From an uncultured Actinomycetota bacterium (GTDB lineage: Bacteria; Actinomycetota; Actinomycetes; Propionibacteriales; Nocardioidaceae), in contig CAWIAV010000002.1 of NCBI GenBank assembly GCA_963834245.1, positions 792,038-856,037 of the forward strand: a stretch of 64,000 nt of DNA, read 5' to 3'. Positions 20,875-30,522 of the stretch are shown here, piece by piece. The position numbers and the translations under genes are program-made. The notes beneath the pieces are model-generated. The model was not told the origin of the DNA, searched no databases, and worked only from the letters and a program-made list of their open reading frames with translations. The stretch's first letter is position 1. Every line of letters begins with the position of its first letter.

Positions 20875-23064
20875 TCACCCCTGGGAGGGTCCTGGCTCGC
20901 CTGCGGAGTTCAGATAGGTGAAGGTCAGGTCCACCCGGGTGCCCGGCAGCCCGGCCCAGTTGTGCACCTCGAGGCGGTAGCGGCCAGGAGCGGGTGTGGC
21001 GTATGTCAGCGACTCCTCGGTGAGGCTGCCGCTGCCTCCCGACGTCAGGTCGCTGCTCCAGGTGCCGTCGGCGTTCTGCCGTTGCAGGTAGAGGTCGATG
21101 TCCGACGCCATGCTGGGCACGGCGCTGGCGAGCAGCTTGGCGTTGTCGAACCCCTCCTTGACGTCGAACTCGTGGTGGGCCACCGTCACCGGCGTCCGTT
21201 CGGGGCCGCCCGCCGGGGGAGTCACTGATGCCTTCTCCTCGGCCTGGGCAGGCCCGGTGACCGGCGGCTGCCCGCCCTCGTCGAGCGAGAAGGGCACCGT
21301 GTCGGAGACCAGGGTCGGGCTCCCGACCACGGGGACCTCGAGCGAGGTGCCGTCGGGCCCGGTCAGGATCGAGATGTTCGGGTCCTGGGCGAAGGTCGGC
21401 ACCTTGTCCGGGTCAGACGTGGTGAACCGCAGCACCAGCTTGTGGCCCGCGCGCAGGTTGTGCGCCATCGCGAAGCCCGGGGGCTTCATCTCGTAGCGCA
21501 TGCCCGGGACCACCGGTGACGGCGTCGAGACGCCCGAGCGCAGCTCGGGGTTGATGGCGAACTGGCTGATCCGTCGGCGGTCGCCGTCGGTGCCCTCGTC
21601 GTACAGGGTCCCGATGAGGTGCACGCGTGGCGTGGAGAAGGATGCCACCAGGTCGAGCAGCGGCTGGCCCGCCAGCACGGTGTCCGTGGCCATCGGCTCG
21701 GTGGCGAAGTCGACCCCACCGGTGCCCTGGGGGTCGACATGGCCGCGGGCGTCACCGGCGAAGCTCTTCGAGCCCGGTGTCGTCGGACGGCTCTTCGCGA
21801 GGGTGTTGTCGGCGGTCGGGAAGAGCGACAGCATCTGCTGGCTGCTCGTGGGCCACTGCTTGTCGATCAGGATCTGCGAGCGGTCGCCGGTGCGGGCGCC
21901 GCTGAAGGTGCCGTCGGAGAGGAACATCTCCGCCTCGGGACCGGTGTCCACGTCGCGTTGTGCGAGCTGCTTGTCGAACCACGCGTGCAGCGCGTAGGTC
22001 CACTGGATGCCACGCCGTGTCGGGCAGCACCCGGAGCCGTGGTCCCACTGTCCGAGCCACAGCTTGTCTCCGGGGCGTGCGTTGCGCTTGGTGAACCACT
22101 CGATGCCGGCCACCCGGGCGGCGTTGTCGTTGACGCCGTGGACCATGAACACCGAGACGTCGGAGGCGGTGGCCGCCGAGCGCCAGTCGCGCTGCGCGTG
22201 CCACGCGGTGTACTGCCCGGAGAGCTGCGCCTCGCCGGCGGTCAAAGAGCTGTTCGGAAGACCACAACCGGTCTCGGCCGGCTTCTGCCCGGCGTGCTCG
22301 CCACCGGGGAGGTCCCGCTCGGCGGCGAGCTGCTCGTAGGCGAACATGGGTCCGGCCCACTGCAGGAAGTACGGCACTCCCGCCTGGAACTGGTGGTCGT
22401 ACATCGTGGCCATGCCGGCGCTCGGGACGATCGTGACCAGTCCCTCCGGGTCGGTGGCCGCTGCCAGGGAGGGCGTCGAGCCGACGTAGGAGTGACCGGT
22501 CATGCCGACCCTGCCGTTGGACCATGGCTGCGAGGCCGCCCACTCCACGACCCGCTTGAGGTCCTTGGCGTCGTTGCTGCCGAGGTGGTCGAGGCACCCG
22601 TCACTGAGCCCGGTGCCGCGCAGGTCCATCATCACCACGGCGTAGCCCTTGGGCGCGAAGTAGTCCGTCAGCCCGAGGGAGGTGCCCTCGGCGTCACGCG
22701 GCTCGGGGAGGATCCGTCGGCCCTCCCTGTCGGCCAGCGTGCCGTGGTAGGGGCTGGACTCCAGGATCACCGGCCAGGGGCCCTCCCCCGTGGGACGGGT
22801 GACCTCGATGTGGACCTCGGTGCCGTCCCACATGGGCAGCTCGAGCTTGTCCTTGCGCGTGGTGTGGCTGTCCTGGCTCAGTCCCGCGACCTTGGTGTAG
22901 TCGAACGGCGCGGCCGGCTGCGTCGGGGGCGGGTTCTTCGGACCCTTGCCGGGCTTGTCGGGTTTCGCGGCCTGCGCCGGTTGCATGACCGCAACGGTCA
23001 GGACGACGGAGACAGCGGCGGCGAGCGCGGCGCCGAGGCGGCGGCGAGGGGGTAGTGAGGACAT
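20875..23064 (-). CDS. Secreted CocE/NonD (S15 X-Pro dipeptidyl peptidase-like) hydrolase with C-terminal PPC-like domain
   Basis: Signal peptide 'RRRLGAALAAAV..AQA', 'DLRGTGLSDG', nucleophile 'GHSYVG', 'GQWDH'; C-terminal 'DIDLYL..GRYRLEV'. Confidence 0.85.
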   Translation of the reverse strand: MSSLPPRRRLGAALAAAVSVVLTVAVMQPAQAAKPDKPGKGPKNPPPTQPAAPFDYTKVAGLSQDSHTTRKDKLELPMWDGTEVHIEVTRPTGEGPWPVILESSPYHGTLADREGRRILPEPRDAEGTSLGLTDYFAPKGYAVVMMDLRGTGLSDGCLDHLGSNDAKDLKRVVEWAASQPWSNGRVGMTGHSYVGSTPSLAAATDPEGLVTIVPSAGMATMYDHQFQAGVPYFLQWAGPMFAYEQLAAERDLPGGEHAGQKPAETGCGLPNSSLTAGEAQLSGQYTAWHAQRDWRSAATASDVSVFMVHGVNDNAARVAGIEWFTKRNARPGDKLWLGQWDHGSGCCPTRRGIQWTYALHAWFDKQLAQRDVDTGPEAEMFLSDGTFSGARTGDRSQILIDKQWPTSSQQMLSLFPTADNTLAKSRPTTPGSKSFAGDARGHVDPQGTGGVDFATEPMATDTVLAGQPLLDLVASFSTPRVHLIGTLYDEGTDGDRRRISQFAINPELRSGVSTPSPVVPGMRYEMKPPGFAMAHNLRAGHKLVLRFTTSDPDKVPTFAQDPNISILTGPDGTSLEVPVVGSPTLVSDTVPFSLDEGGQPPVTGPAQAEEKASVTPPAGGPERTPVTVAHHEFDVKEGFDNAKLLASAVPSMASDIDLYLQRQNADGTWSSDLTSGGSGSLTEESLTYATPAPGRYRLEVHNWAGLPGTRVDLTFTYLNSAGEPGPSQG

Positions 23065-23158
23065 CGGAGTGCCTTTCCGAGCGGTGGCCAATGCTGTGTC
23101 CAACGCCCCACCGACGCCCGGGTCACGGCCCCGCCGCACGAAAGAGGATGCTGGGGGG

Positions 23159-23485
23159 ATGGAACAGCCACGCGCAGTGCTCACGGCCAAGCTGGCAGAG
23201 ATCGACGACGAGATGGCCGAGATGGAGAAGAAGCCGACCGACCAGGGCTCGATCTCCTTCGGCAAGCGAATCGGCGAGGGGACGTCGATGGCCGTCGACC
23301 GGCTGGCGCAGGTGGCGGTTCACGACCAGCTCCAGCTCACCCGGGCCGACGTGGTGCGGGCACTGGAGAAGCTGGACGACGGGTCCTACGGCACCTGTGA
23401 CGTCTGCGCGAAGCCCATCCCGCAGGGGCGACTCGAGGCGTTGCCCTGGGCGGTTCTCTGCGTGGAGGACTCGGCCAGGCGCTGA
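23159..23485 (+). CDS. TraR/DksA family protein
   Basis: Coiled coil, then 'ALEKLDDGSYGTCDVCAKPIPQGRLEALPWAVLCVED'. Confidence 0.88.
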   Translation: MEQPRAVLTAKLAEIDDEMAEMEKKPTDQGSISFGKRIGEGTSMAVDRLAQVAVHDQLQLTRADVVRALEKLDDGSYGTCDVCAKPIPQGRLEALPWAVLCVEDSARR

Positions 23486-23521
23486 GCTACGCCTGAATCC
23501 GTGCGGTGGCGGGGCCGACCT

Positions 23522-23929
23522 TCAGCCGGGCGACGCGGTGGCCCGCCGGACCGTCGCGAGCACTCCGTCGGACCCGAGCGCCTGCACGTCGCCGACCCAC
23601 TGACCGTCCACGAGCACCGAGCCGGCCGTGGTCGCCCGGTTGGCCTCGCGCAGGGCGGCCAGCGTGCCCCGTCGACGCTGGACCGCCATGAAGACGCTGG
23701 GCAGCAGGTACGCCGTGTTGTTCGCCCCGACTATCTGCACGTCGAGCTCGGGGAGCTCCTCGCGCAGGCGCAGGTAGGTGGCGGCCACCAGTTCGACCTC
23801 CGGGTCGTGCTCGCGCGCACCGTCGACGCGGCCCTCGAAGCAGATGCCGTCTCGCGCGTCACCGCTGCAGCAGCCCGTACCGCCGTGGGCGTCGGTCCAC
23901 GGGCGCACGAGCACCACCCTGGGGGTCAT
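23522..23929 (-). CDS. Hypothetical protein with GGTGCCSG motif, translationally coupled to cstA
   Basis: The ATG at 23929 overlaps the cstA TGA (ATGA). 135-aa ORF 'MTPRVVLVRPWTDAHGGTGCCSG..'. Confidence 0.65.
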   Translation of the reverse strand: MTPRVVLVRPWTDAHGGTGCCSGDARDGICFEGRVDGAREHDPEVELVAATYLRLREELPELDVQIVGANNTAYLLPSVFMAVQRRRGTLAALREANRATTAGSVLVDGQWVGDVQALGSDGVLATVRRATASPG

Positions 23930-25665
23930 CGTCTGCTCGGAGCGTCCGAGTCGCTGTCCACGGGGGCGTCGGTCTTGCCGGCCGCGGGAGAGCCTGCCGA
24001 TCCCCGAAGGGCCATGGCGGCCTCGACGATCAGCCACGCAGCCAGCACGAAGATGATGGCGTCGAGGGGCGCAAGCACCCACTGGTCGGTCTCGATGAAC
24101 TTCTTCAGGTTCACGATCAGCGCCCACGTCGTCATCCCGAGGAGGAAGACCAGCGGGATCACGATCGGCACGATGTTGCGCTTGAGCTGAGCCACCCAGA
24201 CCGCCACGACCGCGAGCGCCAGACCGGCGGTGAGCTGGTTGGTGGTGCCGAACAGCTGCCACAGCACGCCGAACGTGTAGCCCTGGTCACCGCCGCCGGG
24301 CAGCAGTGCCATGGCCAACGGCACGACGACAGCGACGATGCCGGCCAGGGTCAGGTTGCGGGCGAGCTTGTGCCAGCCCGCGATCTCGGCGATCTCCTGC
24401 ACGACGTACCGCTGGAGGCGGACGCCGGTGTCCATGGTGGTTGCGGCGAAGGAGATGACCACGACCGCCGCGAAGATCACCGCGAGGTCGAGCGGGATGC
24501 CGAGGTTGTTGGCGAAGACCCCGACCCCGTTGACGAAGTTGCCCACGGCGCCGCCAGATGCGGTGGCGAAGTCCGGGTAGAGCTTGTCCCAGTCGGACTG
24601 GGTGGCCACGACGCCGGCCGTGGTGGCCAGCACCGCGCCGGTCGCCAGGCTGCCCTCGCCGACGGCCCCCATGTAGCCCACGTAGCGGGCGTCGGTCTCC
24701 TTGTCGATCTGCTTGGCCGTCGTACCCGAGGAGACCAGCGAGTGGAAACCGGAGATCGCGCCACAGGCGATCGTGATGAACAGGAACGGGAAGATCGACG
24801 GCGAGCCCTCCGGGACGTCGTTGACGAGGGGGGCCGAGATCGTGTTCCAGCCGACCAGCATGCCGAGCCCGATCACTCCGAGCGCGATGAACAGCTGGTG
24901 GGAGTTGATGTAGTCGCGAGGCTGCAGCAGCATCCAGATCGGCAGCCGGGAGGCGATGAAGGTGTAGGCGAAGAGGATGACCACCCACAGGTTGCGCGGG
25001 TTGTCGAAGCCGATCGCCTCGGCGAGCGAGGTGATGTCCACCGGCACCTTCTGGCCCACCCAGATCAGCAGGTAGAGGCCGATCACACCGATGATCGAGG
25101 GGACCAGCGCCGCGCTCCGGGTGCGGTAGATGTACTGGCCGATGAACATCGCCAGCGGGATCTCCACGAAGATCGGGATGACCGCGCCGGGGTTGGCCAC
25201 GAACAGGTTGCCGATGACGACGGCGAACACGGCGTTCACCAGGGTCAGCAGGAAGAAGATGATCAGCAGGAAGAGCGTGCGCGCTCGCTTGCTGATGACG
25301 TCGTGCGCGATCGTGCCGATGTTGCGGGCTCCGTGACGCAGCGAGACGGCCAGGGACCCGAAGTCATGCACGCCGGCAGCGAAGATCGTGCCGAGGACGA
25401 TCCACGCGAGTGCCGGGCCCCAGCCCCAGAAGACCGCGATGGCCGGACCGACGATGGGGGCGGCGCCGGCGACCGAGGTGAAGTGGTGGCCGAAGACGAC
25501 GTGCTTGTTGGTCGGGACGAAGTCGATCCCGTCGCTGAACTGGTGGGCCGGGGTCACGAACTCCCGGTCCAGGCAGTAGATCCGGTCGGCGAGGTAGGTC
25601 GAGTAGTAGCGGTAGCCCAGGAAGAACAGGACCCCGACGACTGCGGCGACGGCGATGGCGGGCAC
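23926..25665 (-). CDS. cstA: Carbon starvation protein A family transporter
   Basis: 'DGIDFVPTNKHVVFGHHFTSVAGAAPIVGP', 'LLQPRDYIN', 'IACGAISGFHSL', 'LWQLFGTTNQL'. GAAGGAG RBS before GTG 25665. Confidence 0.95.
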   Translation of the reverse strand: MPAIAVAAVVGVLFFLGYRYYSTYLADRIYCLDREFVTPAHQFSDGIDFVPTNKHVVFGHHFTSVAGAAPIVGPAIAVFWGWGPALAWIVLGTIFAAGVHDFGSLAVSLRHGARNIGTIAHDVISKRARTLFLLIIFFLLTLVNAVFAVVIGNLFVANPGAVIPIFVEIPLAMFIGQYIYRTRSAALVPSIIGVIGLYLLIWVGQKVPVDITSLAEAIGFDNPRNLWVVILFAYTFIASRLPIWMLLQPRDYINSHQLFIALGVIGLGMLVGWNTISAPLVNDVPEGSPSIFPFLFITIACGAISGFHSLVSSGTTAKQIDKETDARYVGYMGAVGEGSLATGAVLATTAGVVATQSDWDKLYPDFATASGGAVGNFVNGVGVFANNLGIPLDLAVIFAAVVVISFAATTMDTGVRLQRYVVQEIAEIAGWHKLARNLTLAGIVAVVVPLAMALLPGGGDQGYTFGVLWQLFGTTNQLTAGLALAVVAVWVAQLKRNIVPIVIPLVFLLGMTTWALIVNLKKFIETDQWVLAPLDAIIFVLAAWLIVEAAMALRGSAGSPAAGKTDAPVDSDSDAPSRR

Positions 25666-25840
25666 GAGACGCTCCTTCCGACAACCCCGGGCCCGAGCGG
25701 CCAGTGCGGGGAAGACACGCAGGGGCATTGTCACCCACTGCCACGCGCCTCACAACCACCAAGTCCGCGAGCCCTACGCTGACCGGGTCGACCTGACCGG
25801 GGAGTCGGACCGGCCGGGCACGCGCAGGAAGCGGGATCCC

Positions 25841-26620
25841 ATGGACGTCGACGAGCTGACGGCGGTGCTGGCCGCATCGTCCTTGAGCGAGCTGTGCTGG
25901 GTCGACGCGGCTGGACGACCCCAGGTGACCGGCGTCGTGACGCTGGTCCGGGGCGGGCGCCCGGCGATCGCCTTCACCTACGCCGAAGAGGCACTGGCCC
26001 GGGATCTCGCCGCGTCGCCCCAGGTCGCTCTGGCGCTGAGTGAGGACCGCTCCACCGGTCGCTCCTTCATGCCCACGCTGCTCACCGGACGACCCCGGCT
26101 GGTCGAGGACCCGGAGGGCGAGGTGTTCGTCCAGGACCTGCTGACCCAGGAGCTGCGTCGCTACCCACCCACGCGCCTGCTGGCCGACTCGCCGCTGCTG
26201 ATGCGCGAGCACTGGTGGTACCTGCCGCGCCTCGTCGTCGAGCTCGAGGTCGACAGCACCGAACCCCTGCCGCCCCGTCGCAGTGGCGGTCGCGACCACC
26301 TGCTGGTGGTGGCGATCGACTCGCGTCCGGTGGTGCGGTCGGCCGGGGTCGGGCAGCAGAGCTCGGGCCGGCTGGAGCTCGACCTCGACGGGACCGCCCC
26401 GCCGACGGGCCCCGGTGTGGTCTTCGGACAGGACGCGTCGTTCCCCGACCTCGAGCAGTGGTCCCAGTGGCACTACCGCGGGCTCTGGGACGGGGCCGGC
26501 TTCGAGGTCGACGAGGCGCCCGAGCGGGTCGGTCTCGGCCAGCAGGCGGGGCTGCTGGCGCGGTGGTGGCGCCAGCGAACGCTCGAACGACTGTGTGTCC
26601 GCGCGATCCCGCAGCGCTGA
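25841..26620 (+). CDS. Pyridoxamine 5'-phosphate oxidase-like (split-barrel) family protein
   Basis: 'ELCWVDAAGRP..V', 'LAASPQVALAL' fit the N-terminus of this fold; weak recognition. Confidence 0.5.
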   Translation: MDVDELTAVLAASSLSELCWVDAAGRPQVTGVVTLVRGGRPAIAFTYAEEALARDLAASPQVALALSEDRSTGRSFMPTLLTGRPRLVEDPEGEVFVQDLLTQELRRYPPTRLLADSPLLMREHWWYLPRLVVELEVDSTEPLPPRRSGGRDHLLVVAIDSRPVVRSAGVGQQSSGRLELDLDGTAPPTGPGVVFGQDASFPDLEQWSQWHYRGLWDGAGFEVDEAPERVGLGQQAGLLARWWRQRTLERLCVRAIPQR

Positions 26621-26674
26621 GGCGGGGCCGGGGCGCCCAGCAGCGCGCCGGTGGACGGGGGATGATGGACCCCT

Positions 26675-29218
26675 ATGGAACTCACCGACCTGCTGCCGTC
26701 CCAGCAACCCGGCGGCGACGCTTCAGGCGGGGTCGACCCGGATCTGCTCTTCGATGCCTTCGAGTCCTGGGTCTCCGACCAGGGCCTGACCTTGTACCCG
26801 GCTCAGGAAGAAGCGCTGATCGAGGTGGTCAGCGGCAACAACGTGATCCTCTCCACGCCCACCGGGACCGGGAAGAGCCTCGTGGCCACCGGTGCCCACT
26901 TCGCCGCGCTCGCGGACGGGCGACGCACCTACTACACGGCCCCGATCAAGGCCCTGGTCTCGGAGAAGTTCTTCGCGCTGATCGAGGTCTTCGGGGCCGA
27001 GAACGTCGGCATGCTCACCGGCGACGCAGCCGTCAACGCCAAGGCGCCCATCGTGTGCTGCACCGCGGAGGTGCTCGCCAACATCGCCCTGCGCGAGGGT
27101 GCCCAGGCCGACATCGGCCAGGTGGTCATGGACGAGTTCCACTTCTACTCCGAGCCCGACCGTGGCTGGGCGTGGCAGGTGCCGCTGCTGGAGCTGCCGC
27201 AGGCCCAGTTCCTGCTGATGTCGGCGACGCTGGGTGACGTCACCGCGTTCGTCGACGACCTGACCCGGCGTACCGGACGGCAGACGTCGGCCGTCACCAG
27301 CGTCACGCGGCCGGTGCCGCTGAGCTATGAGTGGGCGGTGACGCCGATGCACGAGACGCTCGAGGAGCTGCTCACCACGCACCAGTCGCCGGTCTACGTC
27401 GTGCACTTCACCCAGGTCGCGGCCCTCGAACGCGCCCAGGCGCTGACCAGCATCAACGTGTGCACCCGCGAGGAGAAGGACCGGATCGCCGAGCTGATCG
27501 GGGGTTTCCGGTTCAGTCCCGGTTTCGGCAAGACCCTGAACCGGCTCGTCAAGCACGGCATCGGGGTGCACCACGCCGGCATGCTGCCGAAGTACCGCCG
27601 CCTGGTGGAGCAGCTCGCGCAGGCCGGTCTGCTCAAGGTCATCTGCGGGACCGACACCCTCGGCGTCGGCATCAACGTGCCCATTCGCACGGTGGTCTTC
27701 ACCGGCCTGTCGAAGTACGACGGTCGACGCCAACGCATGCTCAAGGCACGTGAGTTCCACCAGATCGCCGGCCGCGCCGGTCGGGCCGGGTTCGACACGG
27801 CAGGCACGGTGGTGGTGCAGGCGCCCGACCACGTCGTGGAGAACCACCGGCTCGTGCAGAAGGCCGGTGACGACCCCAAGAAGCTCAAGCGGGTCCAGCG
27901 CAAGAAGGCTCCCGAAGGTCAGGTCACCTGGACCGAGGACTCCTTCGAGCGCATCGTCGCCGCCGCCCCGGAGGCACTGGTCTCCCGGATGCGGGTGAGC
28001 CACGCGATGCTGCTCAACGTGATCGCACGACCGGGGGACCCCGCCGCCGCGATGCGCCGGCTGCTCAGGGACAACCACGAGGACGAACGGTCCCAGCGCC
28101 AGTTGATGCGCCGTGCGGCTGCCATGCACCGTGCCCTGCTCGGGTCCGGGGTGGTGCAGCTCCTCGACAAGCCTGAGGTGGACGGCCGCCGGGTCCGGCT
28201 CGTCGAGGGCCTCCAGCTCAACTTCGCGCTCAACCAGCCGCTGTCGGCGTACGCCCTCGAGGTCTTCGACACCCTCGACCCGGAGGCGCCGACCTACCCT
28301 CTCGACGTGCTCTCGGTGGTGGAGGCGACGCTCGAGGACCCGCGGGCGGTGCTCGGCGCGCAGGAGCACCTGGCGCGGGGGGTCGCCATCGGCGAGATGA
28401 AGGCCGACGGCATCGAGTACGACGAGCGCATGGAGCTGCTCGAGGACATCACCTGGCCCAAGCCGCTGCAGGAGCTGCTGGAGCACACCTACGAGCTGTA
28501 CCGCCGCCGGCACCCGTGGGTGGGGGACGACGCGCTGTCGCCGAAGTCGGTGGTCCGCGACATGTACGAGCGTGCGATGACCTTCGCCGAGTACGTCGCG
28601 TTCTACGGCCTCACCAGGTCCGAGGGGCTGGTGCTGCGCTATCTCGGCGACGCCTACCGGGCGCTGCGCCAGACGGTGCCCGAGCGAGTGCGCACCGACG
28701 AGCTCGAGGACATCATCGCTTGGCTCGGCGCCGTCGTCCGGCAGACCGACTCGAGCCTGCTCGACGAGTGGGAGCAGCTCAACGACCCCGCCCGGCTGGC
28801 CGGCGACGCAGCGCCGGACATCCTGCCGCCGACGCCGGAGCGGATCACCGCCAACGAGCGGGCCTTCACCGTGCTGGTGCGCAACGCCATGTTCCGTCGC
28901 GTGGAGCTGGCCGCCCTGCGCCGCGCCGAGGAGCTCGCCGAGCTGGAGAGCGCCGCGGGCTCGACCATGACGGGTGCGGACTGGCGCGAGGCGCTGGACG
29001 ACTACTTCGCCGAGCACGACAGCATCGACACCGGTCCCGATGCCCGCGGCCCCCGGATGCTGCTGATCGAGAAGACCCAGCTGACCTGGGAGGTCCAGCA
29101 GATCCTCGGCGACCCGGAAGGCTTCCACGACTGGCGGATCACCGCCACCGTCGACCTCGCGGCGTCCGACGCCGAAGGCGAGCTGGTCCTCGACGTGACC
29201 GGGTTGGTGCAGGTGTAG
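26675..29218 (+). CDS. Ski2-like DEAD/DEAH-box helicase with DUF3516 C-terminus
   Basis: Walker A 'TPTGTGKS', 'APIKALVSEK', 'DEFH', 'SAT', 'QIAGRAGR'; C-terminal 'SEGLVLRYL.DAYRAL'. Confidence 0.93.
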   Translation: MELTDLLPSQQPGGDASGGVDPDLLFDAFESWVSDQGLTLYPAQEEALIEVVSGNNVILSTPTGTGKSLVATGAHFAALADGRRTYYTAPIKALVSEKFFALIEVFGAENVGMLTGDAAVNAKAPIVCCTAEVLANIALREGAQADIGQVVMDEFHFYSEPDRGWAWQVPLLELPQAQFLLMSATLGDVTAFVDDLTRRTGRQTSAVTSVTRPVPLSYEWAVTPMHETLEELLTTHQSPVYVVHFTQVAALERAQALTSINVCTREEKDRIAELIGGFRFSPGFGKTLNRLVKHGIGVHHAGMLPKYRRLVEQLAQAGLLKVICGTDTLGVGINVPIRTVVFTGLSKYDGRRQRMLKAREFHQIAGRAGRAGFDTAGTVVVQAPDHVVENHRLVQKAGDDPKKLKRVQRKKAPEGQVTWTEDSFERIVAAAPEALVSRMRVSHAMLLNVIARPGDPAAAMRRLLRDNHEDERSQRQLMRRAAAMHRALLGSGVVQLLDKPEVDGRRVRLVEGLQLNFALNQPLSAYALEVFDTLDPEAPTYPLDVLSVVEATLEDPRAVLGAQEHLARGVAIGEMKADGIEYDERMELLEDITWPKPLQELLEHTYELYRRRHPWVGDDALSPKSVVRDMYERAMTFAEYVAFYGLTRSEGLVLRYLGDAYRALRQTVPERVRTDELEDIIAWLGAVVRQTDSSLLDEWEQLNDPARLAGDAAPDILPPTPERITANERAFTVLVRNAMFRRVELAALRRAEELAELESAAGSTMTGADWREALDDYFAEHDSIDTGPDARGPRMLLIEKTQLTWEVQQILGDPEGFHDWRITATVDLAASDAEGELVLDVTGLVQV

Positions 29219-29226
29219 CCCCACAG

Positions 29227-29247
29227 AACCCCATGTAAATCGGGGTT
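29227..29247. terminator. Short hairpin between convergent helicase and acyl-CoA dehydrogenase genes
   Basis: AACCCC-N9-GGGGTT immediately after the helicase stop. Confidence 0.35.
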
Positions 29248-29322
29248 ATGGACGCTCATCAAGACCCGTGCCGGCGCCGAACCGTCCACAGCCCTCGCCA
29301 AGTCAGGTCTACGTCGACCGGC

Positions 29323-30522
29323 TCAGGCGAACGCGCTCTCCCCGGTGATCGCCCGTCCCACGATCAGGGTGTTCATCTCGCGAGTGCCCTCGTAGGAGTA
29401 GATCGCCTCGGCATCGGCGACGAACCTGCCGACGTGGTGCTCGAGCAGTACGCCGTTGCCGCCGAGCACCTCGCGCGCCCAGCCGACGCCCTCGCGCATC
29501 CGCACGGTCGCATGGGCCTTGCAGAGCGAGGCGTGCTCGTCCTTGAGCAAGCCCGCGTCCTGGAGCTGCGAGGCACGCACGTTCATGGCCGTCGACGCCG
29601 TGACGTTGCTGAGCATCTTGACCAGCAGGTCCTGGACCATCTGGAACGACGCGATCGAGCGACCGAACTGCTGTCGCGCCTTGGTGTAGCGCAGGGCATG
29701 CTCGAACGCACCGCGCGCACACCCGGTCGCCATCCAGGCGACGTTCATCCGGGTCACCCGGAGCACGTCGGCCGTCGCGCGGAAGGTGTCGGCACGCTGG
29801 AGGCGGTTGGCCTCGGGGACCCGTACGTCGACCAGGTGGATCTCGGCGTTCTGCACGACGCGCAGGGCGATCTTGTCCTCCTGCTTGTCGAACGTCATCC
29901 CCTCGGTGCCCTTCTCGACCACGAAACCCTTGACCTGGTCGTCGGCCTCGTCCCGGGCCCAGACGACGACGAGGTCGGCGAAGGCCGCGTTGCCGATCCA
30001 CTTCTTCTCACCGTTGAGGACCCAGTCGTCGCCGTCACGGCGCGCTGTGGTCGCCATCCCCTGGGAGATGTCGGAGCCGTGCTCGGGCTCGGTCAGCCCG
30101 AACGCTCCGATGAGGTCCATCCGCGCCATGTCCGGCAGCCAGCGCTCGCGCTGCTCGTCGGAGCCGCAGAGCTGGATCGAGCCCATGGCCAGGCCGCCGT
30201 GCACCCCCATGAAGGTGGCCATCGACGGGTCGACCCGGGCCAGCTCCATCGCGACCAGGCCGTCCACGAGCGCCCCGCGAGCCGGGCAGCCCGGCGCGTC
30301 GTACGCCAGGCCGGCGATGCCGAGCTTCGCCAGCCCCGGCACCAGCTCGTGGGGGAACTCCGCCCGCGTCCAGTAGTCGTTGATCACGGGCTCGACCTCA
30401 CGGGTCATGAACGCCCGGACGCTGCTCAGGAGCTCGCGGTCCGGCTCCTCCAGCAGCAGCTCGAAGCCGAGGAAGTCGGAGAACGGCGAGTCGTCGAGGC
30501 CGAGATCGGTCAGGTCAGTCAT
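29323..30522 (-). CDS. Acyl-CoA dehydrogenase (glutaryl-CoA dehydrogenase-like)
   Basis: 'GAFGLTEPEHGSD', 'LNGEKKWIGNA', 'RQQFGR', 'LGGNG', 'YSYEGT'. Confidence 0.93.
   Translation of the reverse strand: MTDLTDLGLDDSPFSDFLGFELLLEEPDRELLSSVRAFMTREVEPVINDYWTRAEFPHELVPGLAKLGIAGLAYDAPGCPARGALVDGLVAMELARVDPSMATFMGVHGGLAMGSIQLCGSDEQRERWLPDMARMDLIGAFGLTEPEHGSDISQGMATTARRDGDDWVLNGEKKWIGNAAFADLVVVWARDEADDQVKGFVVEKGTEGMTFDKQEDKIALRVVQNAEIHLVDVRVPEANRLQRADTFRATADVLRVTRMNVAWMATGCARGAFEHALRYTKARQQFGRSIASFQMVQDLLVKMLSNVTASTAMNVRASQLQDAGLLKDEHASLCKAHATVRMREGVGWAREVLGGNGVLLEHHVGRFVADAEAIYSYEGTREMNTLIVGRAITGESAFA

Noticed and set aside
18219-29224. Long antisense ORFs (18219-20282, 21619-23055, 24370-25782, 26723-29224 and similar)
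   Set aside because: Typical stop-poor shadow frames of high-GC genes, with no recognisable motifs.
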